Below are positions 29,890 to 39,855 of a DNA stretch of 64,000 nt, piece after piece. The stretch lies in NCBI GenBank assembly GCA_965233865.1, contig OZ247587.1, positions 1,600,001 through 1,664,000 of the forward strand. Reading direction: 5' to 3'. Origin of the DNA: Candidatus Neptunichlamydia sp. (GTDB lineage Bacteria; Chlamydiota; Chlamydiia; Chlamydiales; Simkaniaceae). Position 1 is the first letter of the stretch. Each line of letters begins with the position of its first letter. The notes under the pieces are model-generated. The model was not told where the DNA came from. It did not search any database and saw only the letters and a list, made by a program, of their open reading frames with translations. A program made the position numbers and the translations under genes.

Positions 29890-31344
29890 GTGCCAGGAAA
29901 CGCAGATATCGGACTAATTGGACTTGCTGTCATGGGACAAAACTTGGTCCTCAACATGAACGACCATGGATACAGGGTTGCTGTTTTCAACCGCACAACG
30001 TCTAAAGTCGACGCCTTCCTAGAAGGTCCTGCTAAGGGGACAGAGATTGTTGGGACTCATACGCTCAAAGAATTGGTTAGTTCACTGAAATGCCCGCGGA
30101 AAGTAATGATGATGATCCGCGCTGGGTCCTCAGTAGATGATACGATTAATGAGCTTGCGCCCCTTCTAGAAAAAGGGGACATCATTATCGATGGAGGGAA
30201 TAGTCATTTCCCTGATAGTGAGCGTCGTTTTAAGGAGCTGAAAGAAAAAGGGATCCTGTTTATTGGGACCGGAATCTCAGGTGGAGAAGAAGGAGCTCGT
30301 AATGGTCCTTCGATTATGCCTGGAGGAAACCCTGATGCCTGGCCTGAGGTTAAACCTATTTTTCAGGCCATTGCTGCCAAGTCTGAAGATGGAGAGCCTT
30401 GTTGCGATTGGGTAGGAGAAGGTGGCGCAGGTCACTATGTCAAGATGGTCCACAATGGAATTGAATATGGGGACATGCAAATTATTTGCGAAGCGTATGA
30501 GCTTCTTTCATCAAAACTTGGGCTTGATGCTGATGAACTCTCAAAAGTTTTTGCTGAATGGAACAAGGGAGAACTCAATAGTTATCTCATTGAGATTACC
30601 AGTCAAATCTTTGCTTACAAAGAAAAAGAAGGAAATGCCCTCGTTGAGAGTATCCTTGATGTTGCGGGGCAAAAAGGTACAGGAAAATGGACAGGGATCA
30701 GTGCTCTTGATATGGGGATGCCTCTCACTCTTATTGGCGAAGCAGTTTTTGCGCGGTGCCTTTCAGCCCTTAAAGAAGAGCGGATTGAATTGAGCAAGCT
30801 TTTTGAAGGGCCAGGCAAAGATTTTAAAGGCGATAAAAAGCAGATGACCGAAGACATCAAGCAAGCTCTTTACGCTTCAAAAATTATTAGCTATGTGCAA
30901 GGATTTATGTTGATGCGCGCAGCTGCAACTGAGTTTAAGTGGAACCTTAATTATGGCTCCATTGCTCTTATGTGGCGAGGAGGATGCATCATCCGCAGCC
31001 GCTTCTTAGGTGAGATTAAGAAGGCATTCGATAAAACAAAGGACCTCAAAAGTCTTCTTCTTGATGACTTTTTTAGAGAAGAGATTTTGAAAGCAGAACA
31101 GGGTTGGCGCCGTGTAGTGTCTCACGCAGCAGAGTTTGGTGTCCCTACTCCTTGCTTCAGTACATCTCTATCTTTCTTTGACGGATACCGTTCAAGCCGC
31201 CTTCCTGCAAATCTGTTGCAGGCGCAGCGCGACTTCTTTGGTGCTCACACTTATGAAAGGGTAGACCAGCCTCGTGGACAGTTTTTTCACACGAATTGGA
31301 CTGGAACCGGAGGCGATGTAAGTTCTTCAACTTACAATGCATAA
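29890..31344 (+). CDS. gnd: 6-phosphogluconate dehydrogenase, decarboxylating
   Basis: IGLAVMG, ISGGEEGA, VKMVHNGIEYG, QKGTGKW, QRDFFGAH; GTG start after GGAGG. Confidence 0.97.
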   Translation: MPGNADIGLIGLAVMGQNLVLNMNDHGYRVAVFNRTTSKVDAFLEGPAKGTEIVGTHTLKELVSSLKCPRKVMMMIRAGSSVDDTINELAPLLEKGDIIIDGGNSHFPDSERRFKELKEKGILFIGTGISGGEEGARNGPSIMPGGNPDAWPEVKPIFQAIAAKSEDGEPCCDWVGEGGAGHYVKMVHNGIEYGDMQIICEAYELLSSKLGLDADELSKVFAEWNKGELNSYLIEITSQIFAYKEKEGNALVESILDVAGQKGTGKWTGISALDMGMPLTLIGEAVFARCLSALKEERIELSKLFEGPGKDFKGDKKQMTEDIKQALYASKIISYVQGFMLMRAAATEFKWNLNYGSIALMWRGGCIIRSRFLGEIKKAFDKTKDLKSLLLDDFFREEILKAEQGWRRVVSHAAEFGVPTPCFSTSLSFFDGYRSSRLPANLLQAQRDFFGAHTYERVDQPRGQFFHTNWTGTGGDVSSSTYNA

Positions 31345-31346
31345 CA

Positions 31347-31868
31347 CTAGTCTGTAAGCTCATTATAGTTGAAGATGAAATCGGATTTGAGTCTTTCCAT
31401 TTGATGGACTGCTGATTCGAAGTCATCATGGTCATGGGAATGAGCATATTGATCCACTTTTTCGTGGATCTCGCAATAAATATCGTGCATTTGCTGTACT
31501 TGTTTTTTTTGTGAGCCAGAAAGCTCTAAATCATCGACTTGCTCAAGTTCCTCCTCCATTTCATCAAGAGTGCTATTAAGCTGCTCAAGCCCTTGTTCAT
31601 AACAGATCTCATTGTAATTCAAGACAAAAGCAGGCTGAAGAGCTTCGAGTTCACGGCAGATGTTATTAAAATCTCCATGTTCCTGTGTTTTTGCGTAGAC
31701 ATCGACTATTTCTTCTAACTTCTTGTATATCCGCTTCATATACCTAGCGAGCTTTTCCCCCCCTTTTTTTAGGTTCATCTCTTCTACTTCATCCATTTCT
31801 TCTTTCATTTCTTGCAAATGAGAGTTGATTAGTTTCATGGCTTCTTCATAATCAATATCTTGATGCAT
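31347..31868 (-). CDS. Acidic helical hypothetical protein built from two ~83-aa repeats
   Basis: Halves align and end in FVLNYNEI and FIFNYNEL; GAGGAG SD. Confidence 0.75.
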   Translation of the reverse strand: MHQDIDYEEAMKLINSHLQEMKEEMDEVEEMNLKKGGEKLARYMKRIYKKLEEIVDVYAKTQEHGDFNNICRELEALQPAFVLNYNEICYEQGLEQLNSTLDEMEEELEQVDDLELSGSQKKQVQQMHDIYCEIHEKVDQYAHSHDHDDFESAVHQMERLKSDFIFNYNELTD

Positions 31869-32081
31869 TTCTCCTCTGACATGTAAGTGCTCCCCTTAAG
31901 TTCATTTTACGCTTAAAGGGAGATTTTTGCTAGTATCCCGGACTTGGTGAGATTTAGAAGAGTGTACTTCTCAACAGTCCCCTGAGGGAAAATGCAACAC
32001 TTTAGTTTTACGTTGACAGAGAGTTGTTGCGCTCAAAAGAATCCTTATAATATCATTGGGAGCCAATTTAGTAGAGGAATT

Positions 32082-33278
32082 ATGGATTTTTCGCTTAGAA
32101 AAGCCATCGGCGGAGCTCTTCTTGTCGGGGGGACGGCCATTGGTGCCGGCATGCTTGCTCTTCCGGTTGTTACGGGGATGGGAGGATTTCTTCCCGCGAC
32201 GGTTATTTTTATCATTTGTTGGATATTTAGTGTATGTACAGGGCTACTTCTTTTAGAAGTTTGTTTATGGATGCCTAATGATGCCAATATTATTTCAATG
32301 GTTCATCGCCTCCTAGGCCCTGTTGGTAAAATTGCCGCTTGGATTCTCTATATCTTCCTGTTCTACTGTTTAACCATTGCTTATGTGGATGGAGGAGGAG
32401 GATTCGTTGTTGCTCTTTTTGGGGGCAAGATTCCCTATGTGGCGGGATTAATCATCTTTTCTGCAATCTTTGGCTTTTGTGTTTATTTGGGAACGGCAGT
32501 TGTAGATCGAATCAATTTTTTATTGATGGTTGGACTGGGATTAGCATTTCTTGTTTTTGTGATTCTTGGCTTTGGCGAAGTGAAGCTTGAAAATCTTTCG
32601 CGTGCACGTTGGATTCCATCGTTTCTAGCTCTTCCTGTGATGTTTACTTCCTTTAGCTACCAGGGGATCGTCCCTAGTTTGACAACCTATCTCGGCCGCC
32701 ACCCCAAGGTGGTCCGCTTTGCTATTTTAGTTGGGACTTCCTTGCCCTTTTTTGGGTATATTTTATGGGAGTATTTGATTTTAGGAATTATTCCTGTTGC
32801 AGGTTCAAGCGGCCTGCTGCAGGCTCAGGCAATGGGGCAAACGGCTATTGAGCCCTTAAAGAAAATTTTCCCCAACTCTCCCATTTATTTGACTGGGCAG
32901 TTCTTTAGCGCCTTTGCTCTTACAACTTCCTTTCTAGGAGTGACATTGGGACTTTTAGACTTTTTATCGGATGGTCTTCAATTGGCAAAGGTAGGCTTTA
33001 AGAAGGTCCTCTTATGTGCGATTATGTACATTCCCCCGATTATTATTGTTTCGGTCAATCCAGGCATTTTCCTGAAGGCCTTGGGGTATGCAGGGGGCAT
33101 TGGTTGCGCCCTTTTATTAGGTTTAATACCAGTATTGATGGTCTGGGTTGGAAGGTATCGCAAAGACTATTCTAAGCTTAATCAACAACTTCCAGGAGGG
33201 AAACCTGTTTTAATTGCCCTCTTTTTGTTTATTGTGTTTGAGCTAGCAATTGAGTTGACTCAGGAATTTATTTTATGA
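32082..33278 (+). CDS. tyrP: Aromatic amino acid permease (TyrP/Mtr family)
   Basis: GGALLVGGTAIGAGMLALP, FTSFSYQGIVPS, ALTTSFLGVTLGL. Confidence 0.88.
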   Translation: MDFSLRKAIGGALLVGGTAIGAGMLALPVVTGMGGFLPATVIFIICWIFSVCTGLLLLEVCLWMPNDANIISMVHRLLGPVGKIAAWILYIFLFYCLTIAYVDGGGGFVVALFGGKIPYVAGLIIFSAIFGFCVYLGTAVVDRINFLLMVGLGLAFLVFVILGFGEVKLENLSRARWIPSFLALPVMFTSFSYQGIVPSLTTYLGRHPKVVRFAILVGTSLPFFGYILWEYLILGIIPVAGSSGLLQAQAMGQTAIEPLKKIFPNSPIYLTGQFFSAFALTTSFLGVTLGLLDFLSDGLQLAKVGFKKVLLCAIMYIPPIIIVSVNPGIFLKALGYAGGIGCALLLGLIPVLMVWVGRYRKDYSKLNQQLPGGKPVLIALFLFIVFELAIELTQEFIL

Positions 33279-33643
33279 CTTGTCCTTGCGGGTCTGGAAA
33301 GGATTATTCTAAATGTTGTGGACCTTATATTGAGGGGGAAGCAAACTCTCCAACTCCTGAGTCTTTGATGCGTTCTCGTTATACGGCCTATACCCAAAAT
33401 AATCTCGACTATATTGAAAAGACGGTGAGAGGAGAGGCATTTAAGCAGTTTGAACGAAAGAGAACTGGGGGTGTGGAGTGGGTTAAGCTTGACGTTCTCT
33501 TTAGCGAAGAAGAGGGCGGTGAGGGAACTGTCCAGTTCATTGCGCATTTTCGTCATCAAGGAGCGGAGCAGCTACTGCATGAAATTAGCTCTTTTCAAAA
33601 AGTTGATGGGAAGTGGTACTACACAAAAGGTATTGTGAATTAA
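33275..33643 (+). CDS. ychJ: YchJ family (SEC-C) protein
   Basis: CPCGSG...CC, PESLMRSRYTAY, LHEISSF..VDGKWYY. Confidence 0.9.
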   Translation: MTCPCGSGKDYSKCCGPYIEGEANSPTPESLMRSRYTAYTQNNLDYIEKTVRGEAFKQFERKRTGGVEWVKLDVLFSEEEGGEGTVQFIAHFRHQGAEQLLHEISSFQKVDGKWYYTKGIVN

Positions 33644-34085
33644 GGCTGAGAAACTCATCTTTCCAGTAGTAGTGGTCGAGGAGACCAGATGTTTCGTATC
33701 CGAGGATATAGTAGGCAATAAAAAGAGCTTCCACTGAGGCGAGGCCTCGGTCAGGGTCCGCGCAGTCTGTTTGTTTGCGAGGATAGGCGGTTCGAAAATA
33801 GGAAGGGAGGCTTCGATAAACCCATTTTTCTTTCTGGGGGATTTGCCGATACATGACAGCCGCATACTTCCATGTCCCATCGATTAAGAAAAGGGGGAAG
33901 TGATCCTCTTTTGTCAGAGGAGGGGCATCCAAGCTGAGGAGAATTCCTTTTTCAATAAAGGGAATCGGGTCCTTTGGATAGGTTAAAAAGAGCATATCTT
34001 CTCGCTGTTCTAGTCCGCGAAGACTGCACTTTTTTAAATTTTCTCTACGGTGACGTAGAATAGTTGTCGAAAGAAATGGCTTCAT
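33585..34085 (-). CDS. TDD-superfamily (Tsr3/DTW-like) putative aminocarboxypropyltransferase
   Basis: KKCS, IDGTW, RSLP, GLASVEALFIAYYILG. Confidence 0.65.
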   Translation of the reverse strand: MKPFLSTTILRHRRENLKKCSLRGLEQREDMLFLTYPKDPIPFIEKGILLSLDAPPLTKEDHFPLFLIDGTWKYAAVMYRQIPQKEKWVYRSLPSYFRTAYPRKQTDCADPDRGLASVEALFIAYYILGYETSGLLDHYYWKDEFLSLNSQYLLCSTTSHQLFEKS

Positions 34086-34131
34086 TTTTTATACGTGTAT
34101 TTTATAGTGCTTTAACTTTTGGAGCAAGAAT

Positions 34132-35022
34132 ATGAAGCTATCAATCATTTTTCTATTCCTTTCGGGAGTGCTTTTTGCCTCTCCGCATGTGACAAAGGAC
34201 TATTCAAAAGGGAGGGATCTTGCGGAGGGGCATGACCTTCCTCTTGCGCTTGTTTTCACCGGTTCCGATTGGTCTGAGCACTCAAAGACTTTGATAGAAG
34301 AAATATTTAAAAAACTTCCATCAGAGCTTATTTTTGTTCAAGTGGACTTTCCTGAAATGAACATTCAAAGCGAAGCGGTTTTGATTCAAAACTGCGCTTT
34401 AAAAGAAAAGTATGGGGTCGAGAATTTCCCCACGATTGTTCTTCTGAATTCTAAAGAGGAAGAAATCTCTCGAATGGGATATCCCATCAAGGGAGTAGAG
34501 GATTTTGGAAAGCATTTAAAAGAAGTTGGGCGTCGCTCTTATTTGCTAGAAAAACGGTTTGAAGAGGCAAAGCAGAGCAAAAAGGTTGGAGAACTCAAAT
34601 ATTGCTATGAAAAGGCCTGTTCCATGGGGGCCAAGAGTCTTGCTCGCACTATACTAAATGTGGGAGGAGATGTGGTTCCTGAGCTTATGCTTGAAAAATA
34701 CATTGCTCTTCGAGGAACAAAGGAAGGGAATGCATTACGCGTAGCACTTAATGCTATCGAAAGTAGGGAGGTTGCTTATCGACTAGCTCTTCTTGATTTT
34801 CAAGAAAAAAATAGCATTAAGCCTCTTGAGCAATTTATCAATAAGTTTGGGGAAAAGAGTGCTGACCGCTGCTGGAAAATGCATCTTGTGATTTCTGAGT
34901 TTATGGAGGCTAAGGAAGAAGCTCTTGAACATGCGCAGATTTCCCATCGATTTGCTCCAAGTGAAGAGAAATCAAACATCGCTAAAATTATTTCCAGGAT
35001 GTTACTTTCAGAATCTCCTTAG
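34132..35022 (+). CDS. Exported thioredoxin-fold (DsbH-like) protein lacking CXXC
   Basis: Signal peptide; FTGSDWSEHS; VDFP; YGVENFPTIVLL (cis-Pro). Confidence 0.75.
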   Translation: MKLSIIFLFLSGVLFASPHVTKDYSKGRDLAEGHDLPLALVFTGSDWSEHSKTLIEEIFKKLPSELIFVQVDFPEMNIQSEAVLIQNCALKEKYGVENFPTIVLLNSKEEEISRMGYPIKGVEDFGKHLKEVGRRSYLLEKRFEEAKQSKKVGELKYCYEKACSMGAKSLARTILNVGGDVVPELMLEKYIALRGTKEGNALRVALNAIESREVAYRLALLDFQEKNSIKPLEQFINKFGEKSADRCWKMHLVISEFMEAKEEALEHAQISHRFAPSEEKSNIAKIISRMLLSESP

Positions 35023-36946
35023 GGATTTCAAAAAGAAAGCGAGAGGGGTTGCAACTAACAACTTTTCCGTGTGTTGTCCTTTGGCGTGACATGCTGAGGC
35101 ACAAAGCTTCCATTGCGCGGGTGATCGCAACATAGAGAAGGCGGCGCTCTTCTTCAATTCCTTCTTTTGTTTGAGATTTGAGATGGGGGATCAGATGATC
35201 CTCAAGGCCCACTAGAAAAACAGCGGGGTATTCGAGGCCTTTTGCACTGTGAAAGGTCATGAGGCTGAGTGTGTCATTTCCAAAAAGGTCTTTCTTTCGG
35301 CCTTTATAGTTATTGAGCAACGAAGAGGATAGGAAATCATGAAGAGAGGCCCCTTCCCCTTTTTCATAGGTTTGCATCGCGGAGATAAAAGCTTGAATAT
35401 TTTCCCACTTTGCCTCTTGAACCGTGTCAGTTTTAAACTCCTTCATCAGAGCTGTTTTGTAGTCGATCTTTTCGAGGAGCCATTTGAGCCCTTGAGAAAG
35501 TGAAAGGGATTGGAATTTTTCTGCCATTTCCTGGTATAGAATTACAAAATTATCAATACCTTGTGATCCTCTAGAGCTAATGGAAAGTTCTGGGTATTCA
35601 CCTTGAGTAATTTTTTTCATGACAGCAAGAAGAGGAAGGCGCTTGCGACGGTTGAACTGGGTAATGGTATCGAGAGTTTTATCAGAGATGCCTCGCCTTG
35701 GGTAATTAACAATGCGGAGGAGTGCTTCCTGATCTTTAGGGTTTGAAATGATGCGTAGATAAGCCATTAAATCTTTCACTTCGCCCCTTTCAAAAAACCC
35801 CATTCCTCCAAAGACTTGATAGGGGATTCCTCGAACCCACTGTCCTTCGCTTCTCCATACAGTTTGCATAAGAGAGAGTTCAAAGGAGCGGGCCAAATTA
35901 TTCGAACGGTAGAGGATGGCAATGTCTTTCCACTGGTAATTTTTTTCCTCTCTGAATTGGAGGATACGTTGGATCACAGATTCTACCTCTTCTTGCTCAG
36001 AAGGGGCATTAAAAATCTCAAGGGTTTCTCCTTCCTTGGCATTGGTTTGCAAGATCTTTTTGTGCCTATGAACATTATTCTTAATCACCGCATTGGCAGC
36101 CTGCAGAATCCGGGAGGTTGAGCGGTAGTTTTGTTCGAGCTTAATGGTGGTTTCCGCAGGAAAATTGAGAATGTGCTCAATTTCAGCTCCCCGCCAGGCG
36201 TAGATTGATTGGTCATCATCTCCGACAACGCAGAGATTACGGTATTTTTTAGAGAGGAGTGAGGCGAGGCGATATTGAATGGGGTTAGTGTCCTGGTATT
36301 CATCGATCATGATGTAGCGGAAACGGTCTTGATATTTTTCAAGAATCTCTGGGAAGCTTTCAAAGAGTTCAACGGTAAGAGTGAGAAGACTGTCAAAATC
36401 GAGTGCATTGTAGGCTCTCATCGCAATCCGAAGGGATTCGTAAACCTCTTTAATGAAGATATCTTGCTTTGAGTCGCTTGTTTTTGGAAAATCTTCGACT
36501 GCGAGTCCTTTACCCTTTATATAAGAAATCGCTGTGATAATCGGTTCTAGTGAAAGCTCTTCCCCATCAAAAAGTTCTTCAGCTACTTGCATAATGAGGC
36601 GGCGCATATCCTTTTCATCATATAAGGAGAATTTTTGGGTAAATCCAAGCCGGTGGATCTCTTTTCGGAGTATTTTCATGCAAAAACTGTGGAAGGTGGA
36701 AAGAGAAACCCGTAGCGCCTCTTCAGTGGAAACAATTTTTGCGACGCGCTCTCGCATCTCCTCCGCTGCTTTATTGGTAAAGGTGAGGCCAAGTATTGCT
36801 GTAGGCGAGATTTTTTTATCTTGAATAAGGTGAGCAATACGATGAACAAGAACGCGCGTTTTTCCACTCCCTGCCCCTGCAAGAATAAGGACATGGCCTT
36901 CAGTGGAGGTGACTGCTTTTTGCTGATTTGGATTTAGTTTGGACAC
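34988..36946 (-). CDS. uvrD: UvrD/Rep/PcrA helicase
   Basis: AGAGSGKT, TFTNKAA, DEYQD, VGDDDQSIY, LEQNYRST, HSAKGLEY, YVAITRA. Confidence 0.9.
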   Translation of the reverse strand: MSKLNPNQQKAVTSTEGHVLILAGAGSGKTRVLVHRIAHLIQDKKISPTAILGLTFTNKAAEEMRERVAKIVSTEEALRVSLSTFHSFCMKILRKEIHRLGFTQKFSLYDEKDMRRLIMQVAEELFDGEELSLEPIITAISYIKGKGLAVEDFPKTSDSKQDIFIKEVYESLRIAMRAYNALDFDSLLTLTVELFESFPEILEKYQDRFRYIMIDEYQDTNPIQYRLASLLSKKYRNLCVVGDDDQSIYAWRGAEIEHILNFPAETTIKLEQNYRSTSRILQAANAVIKNNVHRHKKILQTNAKEGETLEIFNAPSEQEEVESVIQRILQFREEKNYQWKDIAILYRSNNLARSFELSLMQTVWRSEGQWVRGIPYQVFGGMGFFERGEVKDLMAYLRIISNPKDQEALLRIVNYPRRGISDKTLDTITQFNRRKRLPLLAVMKKITQGEYPELSISSRGSQGIDNFVILYQEMAEKFQSLSLSQGLKWLLEKIDYKTALMKEFKTDTVQEAKWENIQAFISAMQTYEKGEGASLHDFLSSSLLNNYKGRKKDLFGNDTLSLMTFHSAKGLEYPAVFLVGLEDHLIPHLKSQTKEGIEEERRLLYVAITRAMEALCLSMSRQRTTHGKVVSCNPSRFLFEIPKEILKVTSWK

Positions 36947-37277
36947 AGAAATCGCTCAATCGTTTTAATTCTATCGTAACTTCCTCTGCACTAAGATCTT
37001 TATACCCCTCGCGGGGGTGGGCATTCAGCATGAGCCCAGTGCTGAGCTCTGGGTAGGACCTGCGAAATCCTTCTCGAACAACCCTCTTGAAGCGGTTGCG
37101 GTCATGGGCCTTCCCCCACTTTTTTGTAATAGTGATTCCTAATTGGGGAGAATGTGGATCCTTTAGGAGATAAAAGAATGTTAGACGGTGGCCCACAAAC
37201 TTTCTACCTCGCTGATATACCTCACGAAACTCACGTCTAGCAAGGAGACGGTGCAGCTTTGAAAAGTTTAGTTTCAC
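36900..37277 (-). CDS. rnpA: Ribonuclease P protein component
   Basis: [28 protein letters not shown] overlap with rpmH. Confidence 0.93.
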   Translation of the reverse strand: MKLNFSKLHRLLARREFREVYQRGRKFVGHRLTFFYLLKDPHSPQLGITITKKWGKAHDRNRFKRVVREGFRRSYPELSTGLMLNAHPREGYKDLSAEEVTIELKRLSDFCVQTKSKSAKSSHLH

Positions 37278-37408
37278 ACACCGAGACGCTTTCGCCCTTT
37301 TTGTCGTTTTTTGTTAATGAGCCTGCGTCCGGATACAGTCTTCATGCGAGAGCGAAATCCATGGGTCTTTTTGCGTCGTCGCTTACTAGGTTGATAGGTC
37401 CGTTTCAT
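37274..37408 (-). CDS. rpmH: 50S ribosomal protein L34 (absent from ORF track)
   Basis: [44 protein letters not shown]. Confidence 0.97.
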   Translation of the reverse strand: MKRTYQPSKRRRKKTHGFRSRMKTVSGRRLINKKRQKGRKRLGV

Positions 37409-37567
37409 TGTCTATAAACTCTTTATTTTCCACTAAAAGAAACCATTCTACACAAATTACGAAATAGGTTCAACCCACAACATTTTTTTTTATTTCTTTA
37501 ATGACGTTGTCAAGAAATAGAGAATCCGTTATATTGGTTGCTACTATCTGAAATTTAGGATTTACTT

Positions 37568-37705
37568 ATGAAAGTGCGTGCATCTGTAAAAGCAGATCCC
37601 GGTAAAGGGGATAAGGTTGTTAGACGGCGGGGACGACTCTATGTGATTAACAAACGGAACCCCAACCGTAAGCAACGACAAAAAGGACCAGCTAGGAAAA
37701 AATAG
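37568..37705 (+). CDS. rpmJ: 50S ribosomal protein L36, Zn-free type (absent from ORF track)
   Basis: [45 protein letters not shown]. Confidence 0.95.
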   Translation: MKVRASVKADPGKGDKVVRRRGRLYVINKRNPNRKQRQKGPARKK

Positions 37706-37712
37706 GAAAACT

Positions 37713-38018
37713 ATGGCTAGAAAAGCAATGATTGAAAAAGAGAAGAAGCGTGAGCGACTCGTTCGAATGAAATGGGAGCAACGGCAAGAACTCAAAAAAA
37801 TCGTTCGAAATCTCGAAATGAGTGATGAAGAACGAATAGATGCTCAAGATAAGCTCAATAAGCTTTCTCCAAACTCATCAAAAGTTCGTCTTCGTAACCG
37901 CTGCCGCCTTACAGGCCGCTGCCGCGGATACCTTCGTAAATTCAACTTATCTCGTTTGTGTTTCCGTGAGATGGCCCTTGCTGGTCTAATCCCGGGAGTC
38001 ACAAAATCCTCTTGGTAG
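37713..38018 (+). CDS. rpsN: 30S ribosomal protein S14 (long form)
   Basis: [13 protein letters not shown]...[23 protein letters not shown]. Confidence 0.97.
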   Translation: MARKAMIEKEKKRERLVRMKWEQRQELKKIVRNLEMSDEERIDAQDKLNKLSPNSSKVRLRNRCRLTGRCRGYLRKFNLSRLCFREMALAGLIPGVTKSSW

Positions 38019-38054
38019 AGAATCTCTGATCTACTACAATTGATTTGGTATTAA

Positions 38055-38074
38055 AGCCCCTTTTTTAAGGGGCT
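38055..38074. terminator. Hairpin terminator between convergent rpsN and DUF4339 genes
   Basis: AGCCCCTT-TTTT-AAGGGGCT. Confidence 0.6.
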
Positions 38075-38502
38075 CTTCTTATGCGAGCGTGGAGGTCTAT
38101 GAGATTTTCAAGGCGCACCCAGTTTTCCATATCTTCATTCCAAATATAGGTCGCTGCGATGATTTTGTCATCGTCCCATGCTTCTTGAAGGGCATAGAAA
38201 CTCATTGGACCAAATTGGGCTTTTTCTGAGTCTAGATAATACCAAAGCTTTTCTGGAGGTTTTTCGGAAATCTTCTCATTTAGGAAAACGGGAATCTCTG
38301 CTTTTTGCATTGGAGCTGCCATTGCCGTTGCTAGGGTTTCTTTTTGAGGGAGAAAGTAAAGAACAATTAATGCGATTACTCCAAGAGTTACTCCAAGAAA
38401 AAACCAAATTGCGGGGTTTTTCCCACGCCGTCTAGCCATTCTGAATGAAAGCCAACCTAAGGTGAGCCAAAAAATGATATAGAACAGTATGTACATATCC
38501 AA
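38065..38502 (-). CDS. Membrane protein with C-terminal GYF_2/DUF4339 domain
   Basis: Two TM segments; WYYLD...QFGPMS...TYIWNEDMENW. Confidence 0.82.
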   Translation of the reverse strand: MDMYILFYIIFWLTLGWLSFRMARRRGKNPAIWFFLGVTLGVIALIVLYFLPQKETLATAMAAPMQKAEIPVFLNEKISEKPPEKLWYYLDSEKAQFGPMSFYALQEAWDDDKIIAATYIWNEDMENWVRLENLIDLHARIRRAP

Positions 38503-38619
38503 AATCTCAAAGTTCTCCCCACTCTACCACAAAAGAATAATAAAAGAGTTGAAAATATTGCTTATATAGTTTTATATGCTCACATATTTTCAAGAAACCT
38601 TAAATGAAAAGGGCTAAAA

Positions 38620-39366
38620 ATGCTACCGAATCAAGTTGAATCGTCTTATGTTTCTCACTACGATGCAATTCATCATACAAACCTTCTGCATGGAGTCAAA
38701 GTTAATGTAGGAAAGCTTACTGAATCCGGTTGGAAAACCATCGATATTGATAAAGAAAATGAAACCTATTACCACATCCGAACCATTTGCCAAAAAATTG
38801 CGGAGGAATTTTTTAAGAATAAGAAAGCAAAGGACTTTATTCCGTGTGATTTTCAATCTCGTCCCATTCTCGGTATTCAATTGGATGGTGATTTCAAAAA
38901 GAATGCACTGATTGAGTTTGCATCGAGGCAAGCTGCTGAGGAGGAGGAAGAGCCGCCGCTATCTCCTTCTAGTGATGCATTGGTAAAAACCTTGACCGCT
39001 AAGCTTATTGAAGCTTTTGAAAAATCTGGAATGAATGATGAATGTTGTAAGTTGAGTCTCGCAAGAATGCAAGAAATTCGTGATGAAGTTTTTGATAAAA
39101 AAGAGAGAGCTAAGAAAATGAAACCAATCTCTTTTAGAAGAGATTATAACGTAGCTCCACTAGCATCGAATCGAGCTAGCGACAACCCAGAGGGTTGCTG
39201 CAGTCCTACAGTTGTTGCTACCGCAGGGCTGTTATCAGGGCTCTTTGTGGTAGTATCATTATTTGATAAGATGTTTTCAAACAAAAATGAGAGAGGTCAA
39301 AGAGTGACTAGAGTGAATAATTTTGGTCTAAATACTCAGGTGAATAGTCGTGGCACTATTTATTGA
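38620..39366 (+). CDS. Hypothetical protein with a hydrophobic segment near the C-terminus
   Basis: 248-aa ORF; VVATAGLLSGLFVVVSLF. Confidence 0.7.
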   Translation: MLPNQVESSYVSHYDAIHHTNLLHGVKVNVGKLTESGWKTIDIDKENETYYHIRTICQKIAEEFFKNKKAKDFIPCDFQSRPILGIQLDGDFKKNALIEFASRQAAEEEEEPPLSPSSDALVKTLTAKLIEAFEKSGMNDECCKLSLARMQEIRDEVFDKKERAKKMKPISFRRDYNVAPLASNRASDNPEGCCSPTVVATAGLLSGLFVVVSLFDKMFSNKNERGQRVTRVNNFGLNTQVNSRGTIY

Positions 39367-39399
39367 TTATTTTGTAAACTAATAGGAAACAGAGGTGAA

Positions 39400-39855
39400 A
39401 TGATGCATGACCAATTTAAAGAGCTCGATACAAAAGAGCTAAAGTTCGCTGATACGGTCTTTGTAAGAGACATTGAAACGCGTGTTTTTCAAGCAATAGT
39501 TATCAAATGTTTGGCAGATATCGAGGGTGTTTCTCTTTTGGAAGGAAACCTTTTGGATAACTTGCTTGGAAGAGAAGGAAATGAAAGGATCAAAGGGATC
39601 CATGTGGAGCAGGATTCTAAAAATCATTCCGTTAGCATTAAGGTTGAAGTGAATGTAGCCCACGGGATTTCTATCCCTGAAAAGGCAGAAGAATTGCAGT
39701 CAAAGATCACTGGAGAAGTGTGTAAATTAACAGGACTCCATGTCTCTTGCGTTCACGTTGTCTTTAAGGCTCTGATTTCCGATACACCATTCGAGCAGAT
39801 TATCGAAGAAGAGATTGAAAAGGAAGAAGAAGAGTTTAATTCGGAAAAATTCTGA
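39400..39855 (+). CDS. Asp23/Gls24 family protein
   Basis: KGIHVE, VEVNVAHGISIPEKAEELQ, TGLHVSCVHVVFK. Confidence 0.88.
   Translation: MMHDQFKELDTKELKFADTVFVRDIETRVFQAIVIKCLADIEGVSLLEGNLLDNLLGREGNERIKGIHVEQDSKNHSVSIKVEVNVAHGISIPEKAEELQSKITGEVCKLTGLHVSCVHVVFKALISDTPFEQIIEEEIEKEEEEFNSEKF

Noticed and set aside
37562..37795. 77-aa minus-strand ORF
   Set aside because: Antisense to rpmJ and rpsN
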